DNA from: Planctomycetota bacterium
GTDB taxonomy: Bacteria > Planctomycetota > B15-G4
DNA length: 64,000 bases
NCBI GenBank assembly: GCA_965248575.1
Contig: CBDFJQ010000002.1
Span: 2,624,001-2,688,000, forward strand
Direction: 5' to 3'
Shown piece after piece: positions 48,725-58,088 of this stretch; the stretch's first letter is position 1; each line of letters starts with the position of its first letter. A program made the position numbers and the translations under genes. The notes under the pieces were generated by a model. That model was not told where the DNA came from and did no database searches. It saw only the letters and a program-made list of their open reading frames with translations.

Positions 48725-49525
48725 ATGAATCCTGCTGCGACCAAGACTCTCCGTGCCGGGCTGGTAGTGGTGGCCGCCGGGGTGGGCAGTCGGCTCGGCG
48801 CCCGGGTACACAAGGCGCTGGTGCTGCTTGAGGAGCAGGGCCGGGAGCAACCCTTGGTGGAGCTGAGCTTGCGGCGGATGTTCGCGGCGCCCGCTTGCCA
48901 GGCCGCTCTCTCCTCCGTGGTGCTCGTCGGACACGCTGACGACCGCCCGGCACTCACGGCGCTGGTGGAACAGCTCGCGGCAGAACAGCGGGCAGCGGGC
49001 GGAGACGGCCCCGCGCTTCAGCTCGTAGACGGCGGCGCGCGGCGCCAGGACTCCGTGCAAGCGGGACTGGCTGCGGTCGGCGATGTGGACGTGGTGCTGG
49101 TACACGACGCCGCTCGGCCCTTCGTCCCCTGGGGCAGCTTGCCCACCTTGATCGAGGCCGCCAGCTCCGACGGCTGCGCCCTGCTCGCCACCCCCGTGGC
49201 CGACACCTTGAAGGCCGCACAGGAAGACCCAACGGATGCAGCCCGTGTGTCCGTGACCCAGACTGTGCCGCGAGCAGGCCTCTGGGCCGCACAGACGCCA
49301 CAGGCTTTCCACGCAGGCCAACTGCGAGAACTCTTGGCGGATGCGGCCTTGGAAGGACGTACAGTGACCGACGAGGCCAGCTTGTTCGAGCACGCTGGAC
49401 GGGCAGTGCGGATCGTGGAAGGATCCCGCATCAACTTCAAGATCACGACGAGCGACGACCTGCATCTCGCGCAGGCCCTGTTGGTGCACGGACTAGCGCA
49501 CGGGCACGAAGTCGAAGACCAGTAG
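48725..49525 (+). CDS. ispD: 2-C-methyl-D-erythritol 4-phosphate cytidylyltransferase
   Basis: AAGVGSR.G..K, GGARRQDSV, VHDAARP, DTLK, AQTPQ, TDEAS and NFKITT. Confidence 0.95.
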   Translation: MNPAATKTLRAGLVVVAAGVGSRLGARVHKALVLLEEQGREQPLVELSLRRMFAAPACQAALSSVVLVGHADDRPALTALVEQLAAEQRAAGGDGPALQLVDGGARRQDSVQAGLAAVGDVDVVLVHDAARPFVPWGSLPTLIEAASSDGCALLATPVADTLKAAQEDPTDAARVSVTQTVPRAGLWAAQTPQAFHAGQLRELLADAALEGRTVTDEASLFEHAGRAVRIVEGSRINFKITTSDDLHLAQALLVHGLAHGHEVEDQ

Positions 49526-49538
49526 AGAGGGTGCATCC

Positions 49539-50036
49539 ATGAGTCTCGATAACATTGCCATCGGCCTGGGTGTCGACACCCATCGCTTCAAGGAAGGCGG
49601 CCCCATCGTGCTGGGCGGTGTCGTGATCCCCTTCGACAAAGGCCTCGATGCCCACTCGGACGGCGACGTGTTGTTGCATGCCATCCTGGACGCGGTGCTG
49701 AGCGCAGCGGGCGAGCCCGACCTCGGGACCCTGTTCCCCGACACCGACGAAAGCAATCGCGGTCGCTCGAGCGTCGACATGGCCCAGGAAGTGGCACGGC
49801 GCCTGACGGTCGCCGACGCCCGCATCCTGAGCCTGGACGCGGTGGTCATGTGCGAGCAACCGCGCATCGCCCCCCTGCGCGACGCGCTTCGAACGTCCGT
49901 CGCAAAGATCTTCGACATCAACGTCAAGCGCGTGAACGTCAAGGGCAAGACGGCGGAGGGCATGGGGCCCATCGGTCGTCTCGAGGGCATCGAGTGCCGC
50001 ACCGTGGTCCTGGTGGAGCGCGGCGTCGGCCAGTAG
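49539..50036 (+). CDS. ispF: 2-C-methyl-D-erythritol 2,4-cyclodiphosphate synthase
   Basis: IG.G.D.H, LGGV, HSDGDV..HA..DA, FPDTD and NVKGKT.EG. Confidence 0.96.
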   Translation: MSLDNIAIGLGVDTHRFKEGGPIVLGGVVIPFDKGLDAHSDGDVLLHAILDAVLSAAGEPDLGTLFPDTDESNRGRSSVDMAQEVARRLTVADARILSLDAVVMCEQPRIAPLRDALRTSVAKIFDINVKRVNVKGKTAEGMGPIGRLEGIECRTVVLVERGVGQ

Positions 50037-50075
50037 GTCGAGCACCCGCCAGCCGCAGGCCTCCGCGCAACAGTT

Positions 50076-51233
50076 TCAGTCCAACAGCGTCTCGTAGAAC
50101 TGCGAGACCTTGTCTGCCAGCAGGTGCCCGTCGAATCGTTTGCGGGCCGCCGCAGCAGCCCCCTCGCCCAGGCGCTTGCGCAAGGCGGGCTCGGAGATCA
50201 CGCGCTCGAGACCGCGCAGCAGGGACTCTGAGGTCTCCTCGACCACCAACCCTGCCGAACCCTCCTCGACGATCTCCGGCAACGGAGGCCGGGGCGTGAC
50301 GAGCGGCGGCAAGCCCATAGCCATCTGTTCGCGCAGCGCGCGACAGGTGCCGTCCGAACCGGGCACCAGGAAGATGGAAGCGTCCAGGGCTGCGAGCAGG
50401 CGCGGGTAGGCGTCGCCGGGCACATAGCCGGGCGTGATCACCGCGCCCGAGAGCCCTCGGTCCTGCACGGGCTTGAGCAAGAGGCGTTCGATGTGCGTGC
50501 CGCGGCCTGCCACCACCAGCCGGAAGTCCGGGTGCGCCGCAGCCAACTGCTCCACCGCATCCAGCAACAGGTCGAAGCGTCGATGGGGCTGCACCCGCGC
50601 CACGATGCCCACCGCCACGTGCTCGGGTGAGAGACCGATCTCGGCCCGGGCCGCTTCCCGATCAAAGCGGCTGGGGTCGAAGCGCTTGAGGTCGATGCCC
50701 GTTTCGATCAGCACCATGGGCCGGGGTCGCCCGGCGACGGACACACTGCGTTCAGAACCGCCGTAGCTCTCCAGGGTGAAGGCCCGGCCGTGGGCGGTGG
50801 TGACGATCAGCCCGTCCAACCGGCGGCGAGCCAGGCGCCGGGTCCTGAAGCCGCCGGAGAGGCCCTCGGCGTCATAGGCGGTGCGCACCAACTTGCCACC
50901 ACCCAGGGCACGCATGGCCAGCGAAGCGATGCGGTGGTCGTTGTCCAGATGGGCGTGCACGACGTGCGGCTGGAACTCCTGAAGCAGGCCCATCAGGCGG
51001 CGCACATCCTCGCGGTTGGCAGCCACCCGCGCGTGCTTGCTGAGGTGAAAGCCCTCCACGGTGTTGACCCCCCGCTCCAGCGCATGGGGCAGGATCTTGC
51101 TGGGCTGCCCATCCTTGGCGTTGCCGCTCACGAACAGCACCTCGTGCTTCTCGCTCTGCACCGCCGCCGTGTTCAGGGCCGGCTCGGCGGGCCCGGTCCA
51201 CTTCCAATTGGCGAAGAGATGCAGGATCTTCAA
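50076..51233 (-). CDS. Glycosyltransferase family 4 (GT-B)
   Basis: KILHL, GPAE, PHVVHAH, GIDLKRF, VAR, and EQMAMGLP with EIVEEG. Confidence 0.85.
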   Translation of the reverse strand: MKILHLFANWKWTGPAEPALNTAAVQSEKHEVLFVSGNAKDGQPSKILPHALERGVNTVEGFHLSKHARVAANREDVRRLMGLLQEFQPHVVHAHLDNDHRIASLAMRALGGGKLVRTAYDAEGLSGGFRTRRLARRRLDGLIVTTAHGRAFTLESYGGSERSVSVAGRPRPMVLIETGIDLKRFDPSRFDREAARAEIGLSPEHVAVGIVARVQPHRRFDLLLDAVEQLAAAHPDFRLVVAGRGTHIERLLLKPVQDRGLSGAVITPGYVPGDAYPRLLAALDASIFLVPGSDGTCRALREQMAMGLPPLVTPRPPLPEIVEEGSAGLVVEETSESLLRGLERVISEPALRKRLGEGAAAAARKRFDGHLLADKVSQFYETLLD

Positions 51234-51417
51234 GGAGAGAGGCCGGGGAGGAGAGCGATCTGGAGCAGAGTCCGAGGTGTGGACACAGGCTAGCGGCCGC
51301 GATCCGGGGTCTCAACGACGGGCAACTTCTGATGCCAAGTGTGTGATCTTCGGACCCGCAGCCGCCTAAGGTGCGGGACAGTCCCGCCGAGCAAACCCGC
51401 CTGGGAGAACGCCGCCC

Positions 51418-54405
51418 ATGAGCATGAGATCGACGACCCGCCCGAAGCACCGCCGCGGCAGCCCGCTCCCGCTCGTGGTCTTCCTGATGCTGCTCGCCGG
51501 CGTCGTCGTCTTTCGGGAGCGCTTGCTCGCGCCGTTCCAGAAGCAGGATCAGCCAGACATACGGGAACAGTCGTCGGATGATGAAGGACTGGTGAAGGGG
51601 GAGGGCCTGAACGAGAGCGATTCCACGGAGAACCTGGGGACGAGCGCATCGCTCACCGACGGTCGGACGCCCGACCTCGACTCAGAGGCTGTCGACCTCT
51701 CCGAAGCGGGCATCATCCAGGAGGCAGCACTGGGTTCTGACGCGCTCACATCCCGCGACGTCCCAGCAGAAACTGGCCAGGCAGCACTGACGTCAGCCCT
51801 GGCGTCGAGCCCCCGCGCGCCCAACACCGTCGACAGTGGCCGCACCCGCACCGGGTTGCGCAGCTTCAGCCTGAATCCGGCCGCCCCCGTCTTGTTGGAT
51901 CAGGAGCAGGTGCAGCAGCCGAAGCAAGAGCAGGGCAGCTCCGAGCAGCGGGCCTTCGAAACGGCCCCCACGAACACCGCGGCCCTCAACTCCCTGATCA
52001 GCAGCCTGCTCGAGGAGGGTCGCAAGGATGAGGCTCTGGAAGCTCTCACGTGGTTCACCGAGATGGGCGGTGCAGGTGAGAAGGCCGACGCCTGGCGCGT
52101 GCAGCTTGACCCCTTCGGCCATGCCCGAGCGACCTTGATGCTGGAAGCGGCAGGCAGCCTCATGGACCTGGCCGCCCTCTGCGAAGAGAAGCGCTTCTGG
52201 ATCACCGAAGCGGCGCTGCTCGATGCGGCCAGCGGCCTGGCCAAGCGCGTCGCCAACGACGTCACCTCCTCCGCGGCCGCGCCCTTCGAAACGATTCTGG
52301 AGCAGGCGGGTGAGCGGCGCGCCCAACTCGCCGGGCGCAGCGATGCGGTCAAGGCGCTGGCCGCCTATGGTGCGCCCCTGCCACCCGATGCCGACGTACG
52401 TTCACGCCTCAGGCGCCTCGCCGCCGACCAACGGGACGCCCGTGCGGAAGCCAGCGGCGAGCTGCACGAGGTGGAGACGCGGCACGTCCGCGTCCTGACG
52501 CCCCTGGGTTCGCTGGTGGCGCAACGGGCCGCGGACGTCGTGGAGTCCGTGTACGCCGAGTTGAGCAATCGCTGGAACAGCTCGCCTTGGCGCGGGCGGG
52601 ATCGCCTGGTGGTCGAAGTGCTGGGAATCGAAAGCACCTACGCCTCCCGGCGCCAGGCCGCCACGCCGCCCGTGGCGGATTGGGTCGACGCCTTCCTCAC
52701 CGAGAAGGGGAGCGGGGACGGTACCGGGGACGGAAACCGGCACCTGGTGGTGCTCGACCCGCGAACCCGCGGCGCACCTCTCGACGAACTCTGGGGGCTG
52801 CTGGCCAGGGAGAGCGCCCGACGCATGCTCTGGGATCAGGCCGAAGACGATTCGGCGCGCGCCCTTCCGCTCTGGTTGGAAGAAGCCCTGGTCATCGAGG
52901 CGGAAGGCACGCGCCTCCTGGCCGACGGCAGCCTCGTCTTTGGCGAAGCGCCGGAGAGCCGGCTGCAACAGGTGAGCGCGTCCTTGGCGGGACAGGGGCC
53001 GCGCCCGATCCCCCTGGGCAGCGTGTTGGTGCAACTGCAGGGCAACCGCTACGCCCCCACCTGGGCCTGGTCCCTCGCGCGCTTCTTGCGCGAAGCCCGC
53101 AATGAAGACGGCGCCCTGCGCTGGCGCGATCACTACGACGACCTGCTCGAGGCGCCCGGGGCCGACGAACCGCTGCTAGCCTTCCAGAAGGTCATGCTGA
53201 GCCGCAAGAGCAAGCGGGGCGACACACCCAACCCCGACAACCTGGGCGTTCTCGAACTCGAGTGGCGTGAGTGGGACGGCGAACAGATGGCTCTGCGCAC
53301 AGGCGACAAGCAAGCCATCACCAAGGGTTTGCTGGATGCGCGCCACGCCTATGGTCGGCGGGACTGGGACGAGTGTCGCAGCCTGCTGCGCCGCCTCGTG
53401 TCCGTGCGCCCAAGCCACCCCGAAGTGCTCAAGCTGAGCGTCGACTTGGCCGAGCGCACGAATCGCATCGACGAGGCGTTGCTCGCGGCTTGGAACCTGG
53501 CCGCCCTGCGCCAACCCTCCTGGGATTGGAACCTCGCCGCAGGCACGGAACCCCAACCTGCGATGCTTGCTGAACAGAGTGCGCGCATCCGCTACGCCGA
53601 GACCATCGAGGTGCAGGCCGCCCTGGGCGCCGCCCTCGCCGCGCACGACGAGTCCGTGCGTCAAGCCGTGCTGCCGCTCGTCGATGACATGCTCGAACAG
53701 GGTTTCCCCCGGGCGGCGGTACGCCTGCTCGACGCCTGCTTGAGCATGCAGCCCCTGGACGCGGGCTACCTCTCCATCCGGGACGAGATCCTCAACGGCG
53801 CCCTGGGCCTCAACGACCTGATCATGAACCAGCGCCTGCAGCCGGGCCCCAAACTCCTGGGGCTGTCCGGCGACCGCGACCTCTTCCAACCGGAAGAAGG
53901 CGGCAGCCGCCTCGTGGTGCGCGCCGGCGACCGGGTCTCCCCCGCCAGCCTGCGCGGCCTGGCCCTGCTCGAGCCCCCCTACCGCGTGTCGCTCCAACTG
54001 GAGTTCCAGAAGGACAGCGAAGGGCGCATCACCGACGACGGCACACGCTTCGCGGGCCTGCTCTTCGGCGCACCGGAGCACAGCGACTGGGGTGACTGGG
54101 GCGTCTTCGCCACGCCCGCCGGCAGCATCGAGATCGCCACCCCCGGCCGCCTCGAATGGCCCAGCCGCTCCATCGGTCGCGGCATCCGCGGTCGGCTTGA
54201 GCTGGAGGTGCGGGTGGAAGGCCAACGGCTCGAGATCCTCTCCGACGGGCGCAGCCTCAGCGTGCTCAAGCTGGGCGAACGCACGGCCCCAGGCTGGCTG
54301 GGCCTGTTCGTGCGCCACGCGGACGTGGACCTGTTGGGGCTGACGGTGTCCCGCAGCCGCCGGCCGGATCCGCGGGCCCTGTGGTGGACGAGCGGGGGTG
54401 GGTGA
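51418..54405 (+). CDS. Large membrane-anchored hypothetical protein (degenerate gluzincin-like domain, TPR-like region, C-terminal beta-sandwich)
   Basis: Long ORF with host-like codon usage and an N-terminal TM helix. ARESARR..LPLWLEEAL resembles HExxH..P.WL.EG without the His ligands. Confidence 0.65.
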   Translation: MSMRSTTRPKHRRGSPLPLVVFLMLLAGVVVFRERLLAPFQKQDQPDIREQSSDDEGLVKGEGLNESDSTENLGTSASLTDGRTPDLDSEAVDLSEAGIIQEAALGSDALTSRDVPAETGQAALTSALASSPRAPNTVDSGRTRTGLRSFSLNPAAPVLLDQEQVQQPKQEQGSSEQRAFETAPTNTAALNSLISSLLEEGRKDEALEALTWFTEMGGAGEKADAWRVQLDPFGHARATLMLEAAGSLMDLAALCEEKRFWITEAALLDAASGLAKRVANDVTSSAAAPFETILEQAGERRAQLAGRSDAVKALAAYGAPLPPDADVRSRLRRLAADQRDARAEASGELHEVETRHVRVLTPLGSLVAQRAADVVESVYAELSNRWNSSPWRGRDRLVVEVLGIESTYASRRQAATPPVADWVDAFLTEKGSGDGTGDGNRHLVVLDPRTRGAPLDELWGLLARESARRMLWDQAEDDSARALPLWLEEALVIEAEGTRLLADGSLVFGEAPESRLQQVSASLAGQGPRPIPLGSVLVQLQGNRYAPTWAWSLARFLREARNEDGALRWRDHYDDLLEAPGADEPLLAFQKVMLSRKSKRGDTPNPDNLGVLELEWREWDGEQMALRTGDKQAITKGLLDARHAYGRRDWDECRSLLRRLVSVRPSHPEVLKLSVDLAERTNRIDEALLAAWNLAALRQPSWDWNLAAGTEPQPAMLAEQSARIRYAETIEVQAALGAALAAHDESVRQAVLPLVDDMLEQGFPRAAVRLLDACLSMQPLDAGYLSIRDEILNGALGLNDLIMNQRLQPGPKLLGLSGDRDLFQPEEGGSRLVVRAGDRVSPASLRGLALLEPPYRVSLQLEFQKDSEGRITDDGTRFAGLLFGAPEHSDWGDWGVFATPAGSIEIATPGRLEWPSRSIGRGIRGRLELEVRVEGQRLEILSDGRSLSVLKLGERTAPGWLGLFVRHADVDLLGLTVSRSRRPDPRALWWTSGGG

Positions 54406-54536
54406 GGGGGGTTCCCGGCGGAAATACAAGCGGGTGCCGGCCGATCTGATTCCCTCGCAGCTACACCGTTGCGCCGACGACCCTTCGTGGCGATCATCTC
54501 CTCTCTCAAGGAGCCGCAAGGCTCGCGCGAGCGAGA

Positions 54537-54611
54537 GCGGGTGTAACTCAGGGGTAGAGTATCAGCTTCCCAAGCTGGTTGTCGCCGGTTCGAATCCGGT
54601 CACCCGCTCCA
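54537..54611 (+). tRNA. tRNA-Gly (CCC)
   Basis: GCGGGTGTAACTCAGGGGTAGAGTATCAGCTTCCCAAGCTGGTTGTCGCCGGTTCGAATCCGGTCACCCGCTCCA forms a cloverleaf with anticodon CCC, U discriminator and CCA. Confidence 0.95.
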
Positions 54612-54922
54612 TTTTTCGCGGCTGAAACGTGCATTTGGCAGGGTCGCTGTTCCTGGTCTGGAACGAATTTGGAACGCGGTGATCCGTCGGCGAGGTCGAC
54701 GGGCGACGTAGATCCTGACGCTGCGCATGCGCGGCCAGCTCGCTGGGCATGAGCCGCGTCATGAACGCGCACGCGGTATCCCACATCACGAGCGCGCGCG
54801 CCTGACTGCGACCGCCCGTCCTACAGAGGTCCGCAGCAGCTCGGCACGTCCGGAGGCACCGGGCCGGGACGTCGATGTTCTCCTGGAGTTCCCCTTCGGG
54901 GAGCGGATCGGCGCCGTCCCGC

Positions 54923-56554
54923 TCAGCGGACCGGAGCGATGATTCGCAAGCGGCGCTCACCCGAAGCGGGCGGTCTACCCAAGAGGATGGCCGCGGGAGT
55001 CGATCGATGGACGGCCCACCCGGATCGGCGGGCCTGCCGGGCGGCGGCCTGGAGCTGATCGGGCGACCACAGCTGGGAGGACTCGTCCCAGGCGTAGACG
55101 GCGTGCAGGTTGATCATCGTGAGCTGGGCGGTCTCGGGGTCGGCGCTGGCCCCGCCGAGGATGTTGAGCATCTGATCGGGCGGGGCATACACGACCTCGA
55201 CGTTCTTCACCCCCCGCTCCTTCAAGGTGAGCAGCAGGGGGATCGAGTGCCCTCGGATCAGCGAGTTCACGAGCACCCGGTGATGGGCGTCGTCGGCGAC
55301 CACGAGGGTCTCGGCCACGGCGGAGTGATCGTCCACCCAGCGTTGGTTGTTGACGATCGTCGAAACCATGGCGGATGCGAGCAGCGAAGCCAGGACGACG
55401 AGGCCGGTCAGTCGGGCGCGGGCGTGCGGGAGGCTGAGCCAGACACGCAGCACGAGCAGCAGGAGGAACGGGAAGAGCAGGAAGCTCGTCTTGCTGATGA
55501 TCAGGGTCCGGGTCCCGTGCAGCAGGTCGCCGACCAGGATCAGCGCGGGATAGATGGGCGCTGTGCGCATCAGCAGCGCGGCGACCGGGTCGTCCATGGA
55601 TTGGTCGCGCTGCCGCCGGAAGCGGAACAACAAGAAGAGCGTGATCAGTCCGAGCGCGGTGAGGGCCAGCCAGTGCAAGCGCCCGCCGACACCGCCGAGC
55701 CCCTCGCCGAGAAAGAACGAGAGCAGCAACTGACTCGCGCGAGCCGCCGCATCCGAAAGGACGGGGCCGTGGAAGTACGACGGGACATCACCGGTGAGCT
55801 GCAGATGGCCCATGAGGGTCGGGATCCACGGTGCGAACCCGCCCGCGATCACCACGAAGACGACCGCCAGGCTGACGAGCTGCCGCGCTCGTCCTTCGGG
55901 GCTGCGCAGCGCCACCACACCGAGGAAGATGGCCTGCCAGAGCAACACGAACCCGTAGTGATAGAGGCTGTACAAGCCGACGAGCGAGAGCACGACGAAC
56001 AGCACGCGAGGCCTGACCCGGCGTGGCGCGTCGGCCATCGCGAGGGCCGCCAGCGTCGACCAGATGCCCACCGCCATGATCATCGCGTAGGGCCGCGCGA
56101 ACGTCATGATCGTGACGAACCATGGCGAGAGCGCTGCGAGCAGGATGATCCACAGGCCGACAAGGGGACTCGGCACGAGTCGACGCCCGAGGCGCGCGAG
56201 ACCCAGAAGCGTCGCGAGACCGAACACGAGGCTCGGGATGCGCAAGGCGACTCGGTGCGTTCCGACCAGTTCGGTCCACCCGTTGAGCAACAGGTAGTAC
56301 CCCGGCGGGCTGGGGTTCTTGAACCGGCCGGAGAGTTCTCTCACGACCTCCCTGGCCGTGCGAGGTCTCGTCCCATCGATGGCTGAATAGAGCTCCCGGA
56401 TGGGGATGGGGCCATAGGGCTCGGGGTCGAGGGACCCCACGGCGATGTCGACGGAGACACCCTCGTCGTGGGCCAGGCCGAGGAAGAGCCCGTTCGCCAT
56501 GGCGGCGCCCAGGTACACCAGGACGGCCGCGAGCATGGCGAGTCGGTGTGACAT
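54923..56554 (-). CDS. GT-C membrane glycosyltransferase (GT39/ArnT-like)
   Basis: LAHDEG, PPGYYLLL..W, ALRIPSL, ALSPW..FARPY and SLYHY. Many TM helices. Start at MSHRLAML. Confidence 0.78.
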   Translation of the reverse strand: MSHRLAMLAAVLVYLGAAMANGLFLGLAHDEGVSVDIAVGSLDPEPYGPIPIRELYSAIDGTRPRTAREVVRELSGRFKNPSPPGYYLLLNGWTELVGTHRVALRIPSLVFGLATLLGLARLGRRLVPSPLVGLWIILLAALSPWFVTIMTFARPYAMIMAVGIWSTLAALAMADAPRRVRPRVLFVVLSLVGLYSLYHYGFVLLWQAIFLGVVALRSPEGRARQLVSLAVVFVVIAGGFAPWIPTLMGHLQLTGDVPSYFHGPVLSDAAARASQLLLSFFLGEGLGGVGGRLHWLALTALGLITLFLLFRFRRQRDQSMDDPVAALLMRTAPIYPALILVGDLLHGTRTLIISKTSFLLFPFLLLLVLRVWLSLPHARARLTGLVVLASLLASAMVSTIVNNQRWVDDHSAVAETLVVADDAHHRVLVNSLIRGHSIPLLLTLKERGVKNVEVVYAPPDQMLNILGGASADPETAQLTMINLHAVYAWDESSQLWSPDQLQAAARQARRSGWAVHRSTPAAILLGRPPASGERRLRIIAPVR

Positions 56555-56810
56555 GTGCGGGCCCGGACGACGGAAGGAGTCGGGCGATTCGACCACGCCA
56601 CGGGGGTGCCCCGACCCCAGCGGTAGTGTCGCCCATGCGAGCTCACCATAGTATCCTTGACGGGATGTGGTCGGTTCGCCGTTATTTCTCGAGTGCACGC
56701 TTCTCTCCGAACCGATGCGCACACACAGCGCTTGGGGGTAGGCTCCGCGTGGCCATTCGCGACGAGCTCGACCTCCACGACCAGGCCACCGCTCCCGCCT
56801 TGGAAAGCTC

Positions 56811-57548
56811 ATGAAGAACACGATCCAGAACAACCTGAAGATGTGGAACGAGCGCCACACGTGGACCAGGGATGGCGACGAGTGGGATGGGCAGGCGAGT
56901 TTCCACAAACAGAGTTACGACGACTGGAAGCGTTCCGTCATTGAGGTGTTTCTCCATCCGCACCTCAGCGATCAGACCACGGCCGTCGAGATCGCCCCGG
57001 GCCACGGCCGGTGGACGGAGACCCTCGCGGAGCGTTGCGGGCAGCTCTATCTGGTCGATTTGAGCCCGAGCTGCATCGACCATTGTCGGAATCGATTCGC
57101 CGCTCACCAGCAGGTCACCTATGTGGTGAATGACGGAACGTCTCTGCCGGGACTGCCGGATGCTGGCGTCGACTTCATCTGGTCGTTCGACTCGTTCGTC
57201 CACATGGACCCCAAGGTGATCGACGCCTACATGGCCGAGATCTACCGGGTGCTGCGACCCGGTGGTCGCGCGATCCTGCACCACGCCGGTCGACGCCACG
57301 CCACGCTCGGACTCGGCTTCCTCCGGAACTGGGGGAAGATCGGCCGAAGACTCTACAAGCTGATCTCGCTGCGGATCTGGAACGACGACGACGGCTGGAG
57401 ATCCGAGGTCTCGAAGCAGGTCGTGCAGGATCTGGCCGACAAGAACCAGCTCGCCGTGGAATCCCAGGTCCAGTCCTGGGGAGTGAACGGGGAGTTCGGG
57501 GTCCTGCGCTACGGCGACTACCTCACCACGCTCAGCAAGCGGGGCTGA
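56811..57548 (+). CDS. Class I SAM-dependent methyltransferase
   Basis: VEIAPGHGRW, LVDLS, VDFIWSFDSFVH and YRVLRPGG. Confidence 0.88.
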   Translation: MKNTIQNNLKMWNERHTWTRDGDEWDGQASFHKQSYDDWKRSVIEVFLHPHLSDQTTAVEIAPGHGRWTETLAERCGQLYLVDLSPSCIDHCRNRFAAHQQVTYVVNDGTSLPGLPDAGVDFIWSFDSFVHMDPKVIDAYMAEIYRVLRPGGRAILHHAGRRHATLGLGFLRNWGKIGRRLYKLISLRIWNDDDGWRSEVSKQVVQDLADKNQLAVESQVQSWGVNGEFGVLRYGDYLTTLSKRG

Positions 57549-57563
57549 GCACGCAGCCAGGCC

Positions 57564-58088
57564 ATGACACGCCACCGGCTCATCCCTCGTATCCCGCTGC
57601 TGCTCGCCCTGCTGGGCTCCAGCCTGTTGGCCTTCTCCTGTGGTGTACCTTCCGTCGATGACGCCATCGCCGATCAAATGGCGGCCTTCAAGTTCGGTGC
57701 CTATGAACACGTCGTGGAGAGAGCTCCGGCACTCGTGCAGCGCTGCAAGAGCGAAGGCGCCAGCGAGGAGAAGGCCTGGAAGGTGGAGAAGTTTCGTGTG
57801 CTCGCGTTGGGCAAGCTGGGCAAGGGTGAGGAGGTCTCCGAAGAGCTGATCCGTCTGGAAAGTGCATTCGGCGACCAGGTGACGCCGGGGCTCTACGGAA
57901 GAGTGGGTGGATACCTCACCGACTCCGGCAGCTACCTGGAAGCCATCACCGTCCTCGATGCCGGCACCAAGAAGTTTCCTGACGAGAGCGCGCTCTTCAG
58001 GCCCTTCATCAAGAGGTGCAAGAAGCGCGCCACGAGTGCGGGTGACAGCGCCGCCATCAAGAAGCTCGAGAGCCTCGGCTACCTGTAG
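57564..58088 (+). CDS. Small lipoprotein with TPR-like helices
   Basis: Hydrophobic leader with lipobox AFSC. Helical segment YLEAITVLDAG.KKFP. Confidence 0.65.
   Translation: MTRHRLIPRIPLLLALLGSSLLAFSCGVPSVDDAIADQMAAFKFGAYEHVVERAPALVQRCKSEGASEEKAWKVEKFRVLALGKLGKGEEVSEELIRLESAFGDQVTPGLYGRVGGYLTDSGSYLEAITVLDAGTKKFPDESALFRPFIKRCKKRATSAGDSAAIKKLESLGYL

Noticed and set aside
54548..54960. Minus-strand ORFs running through tRNA-Gly as an intact integrase
   Set aside because: They are short and lack the R-H-R-H-Y catalytic set. Their C-termini are just the antisense translation of the tRNA.
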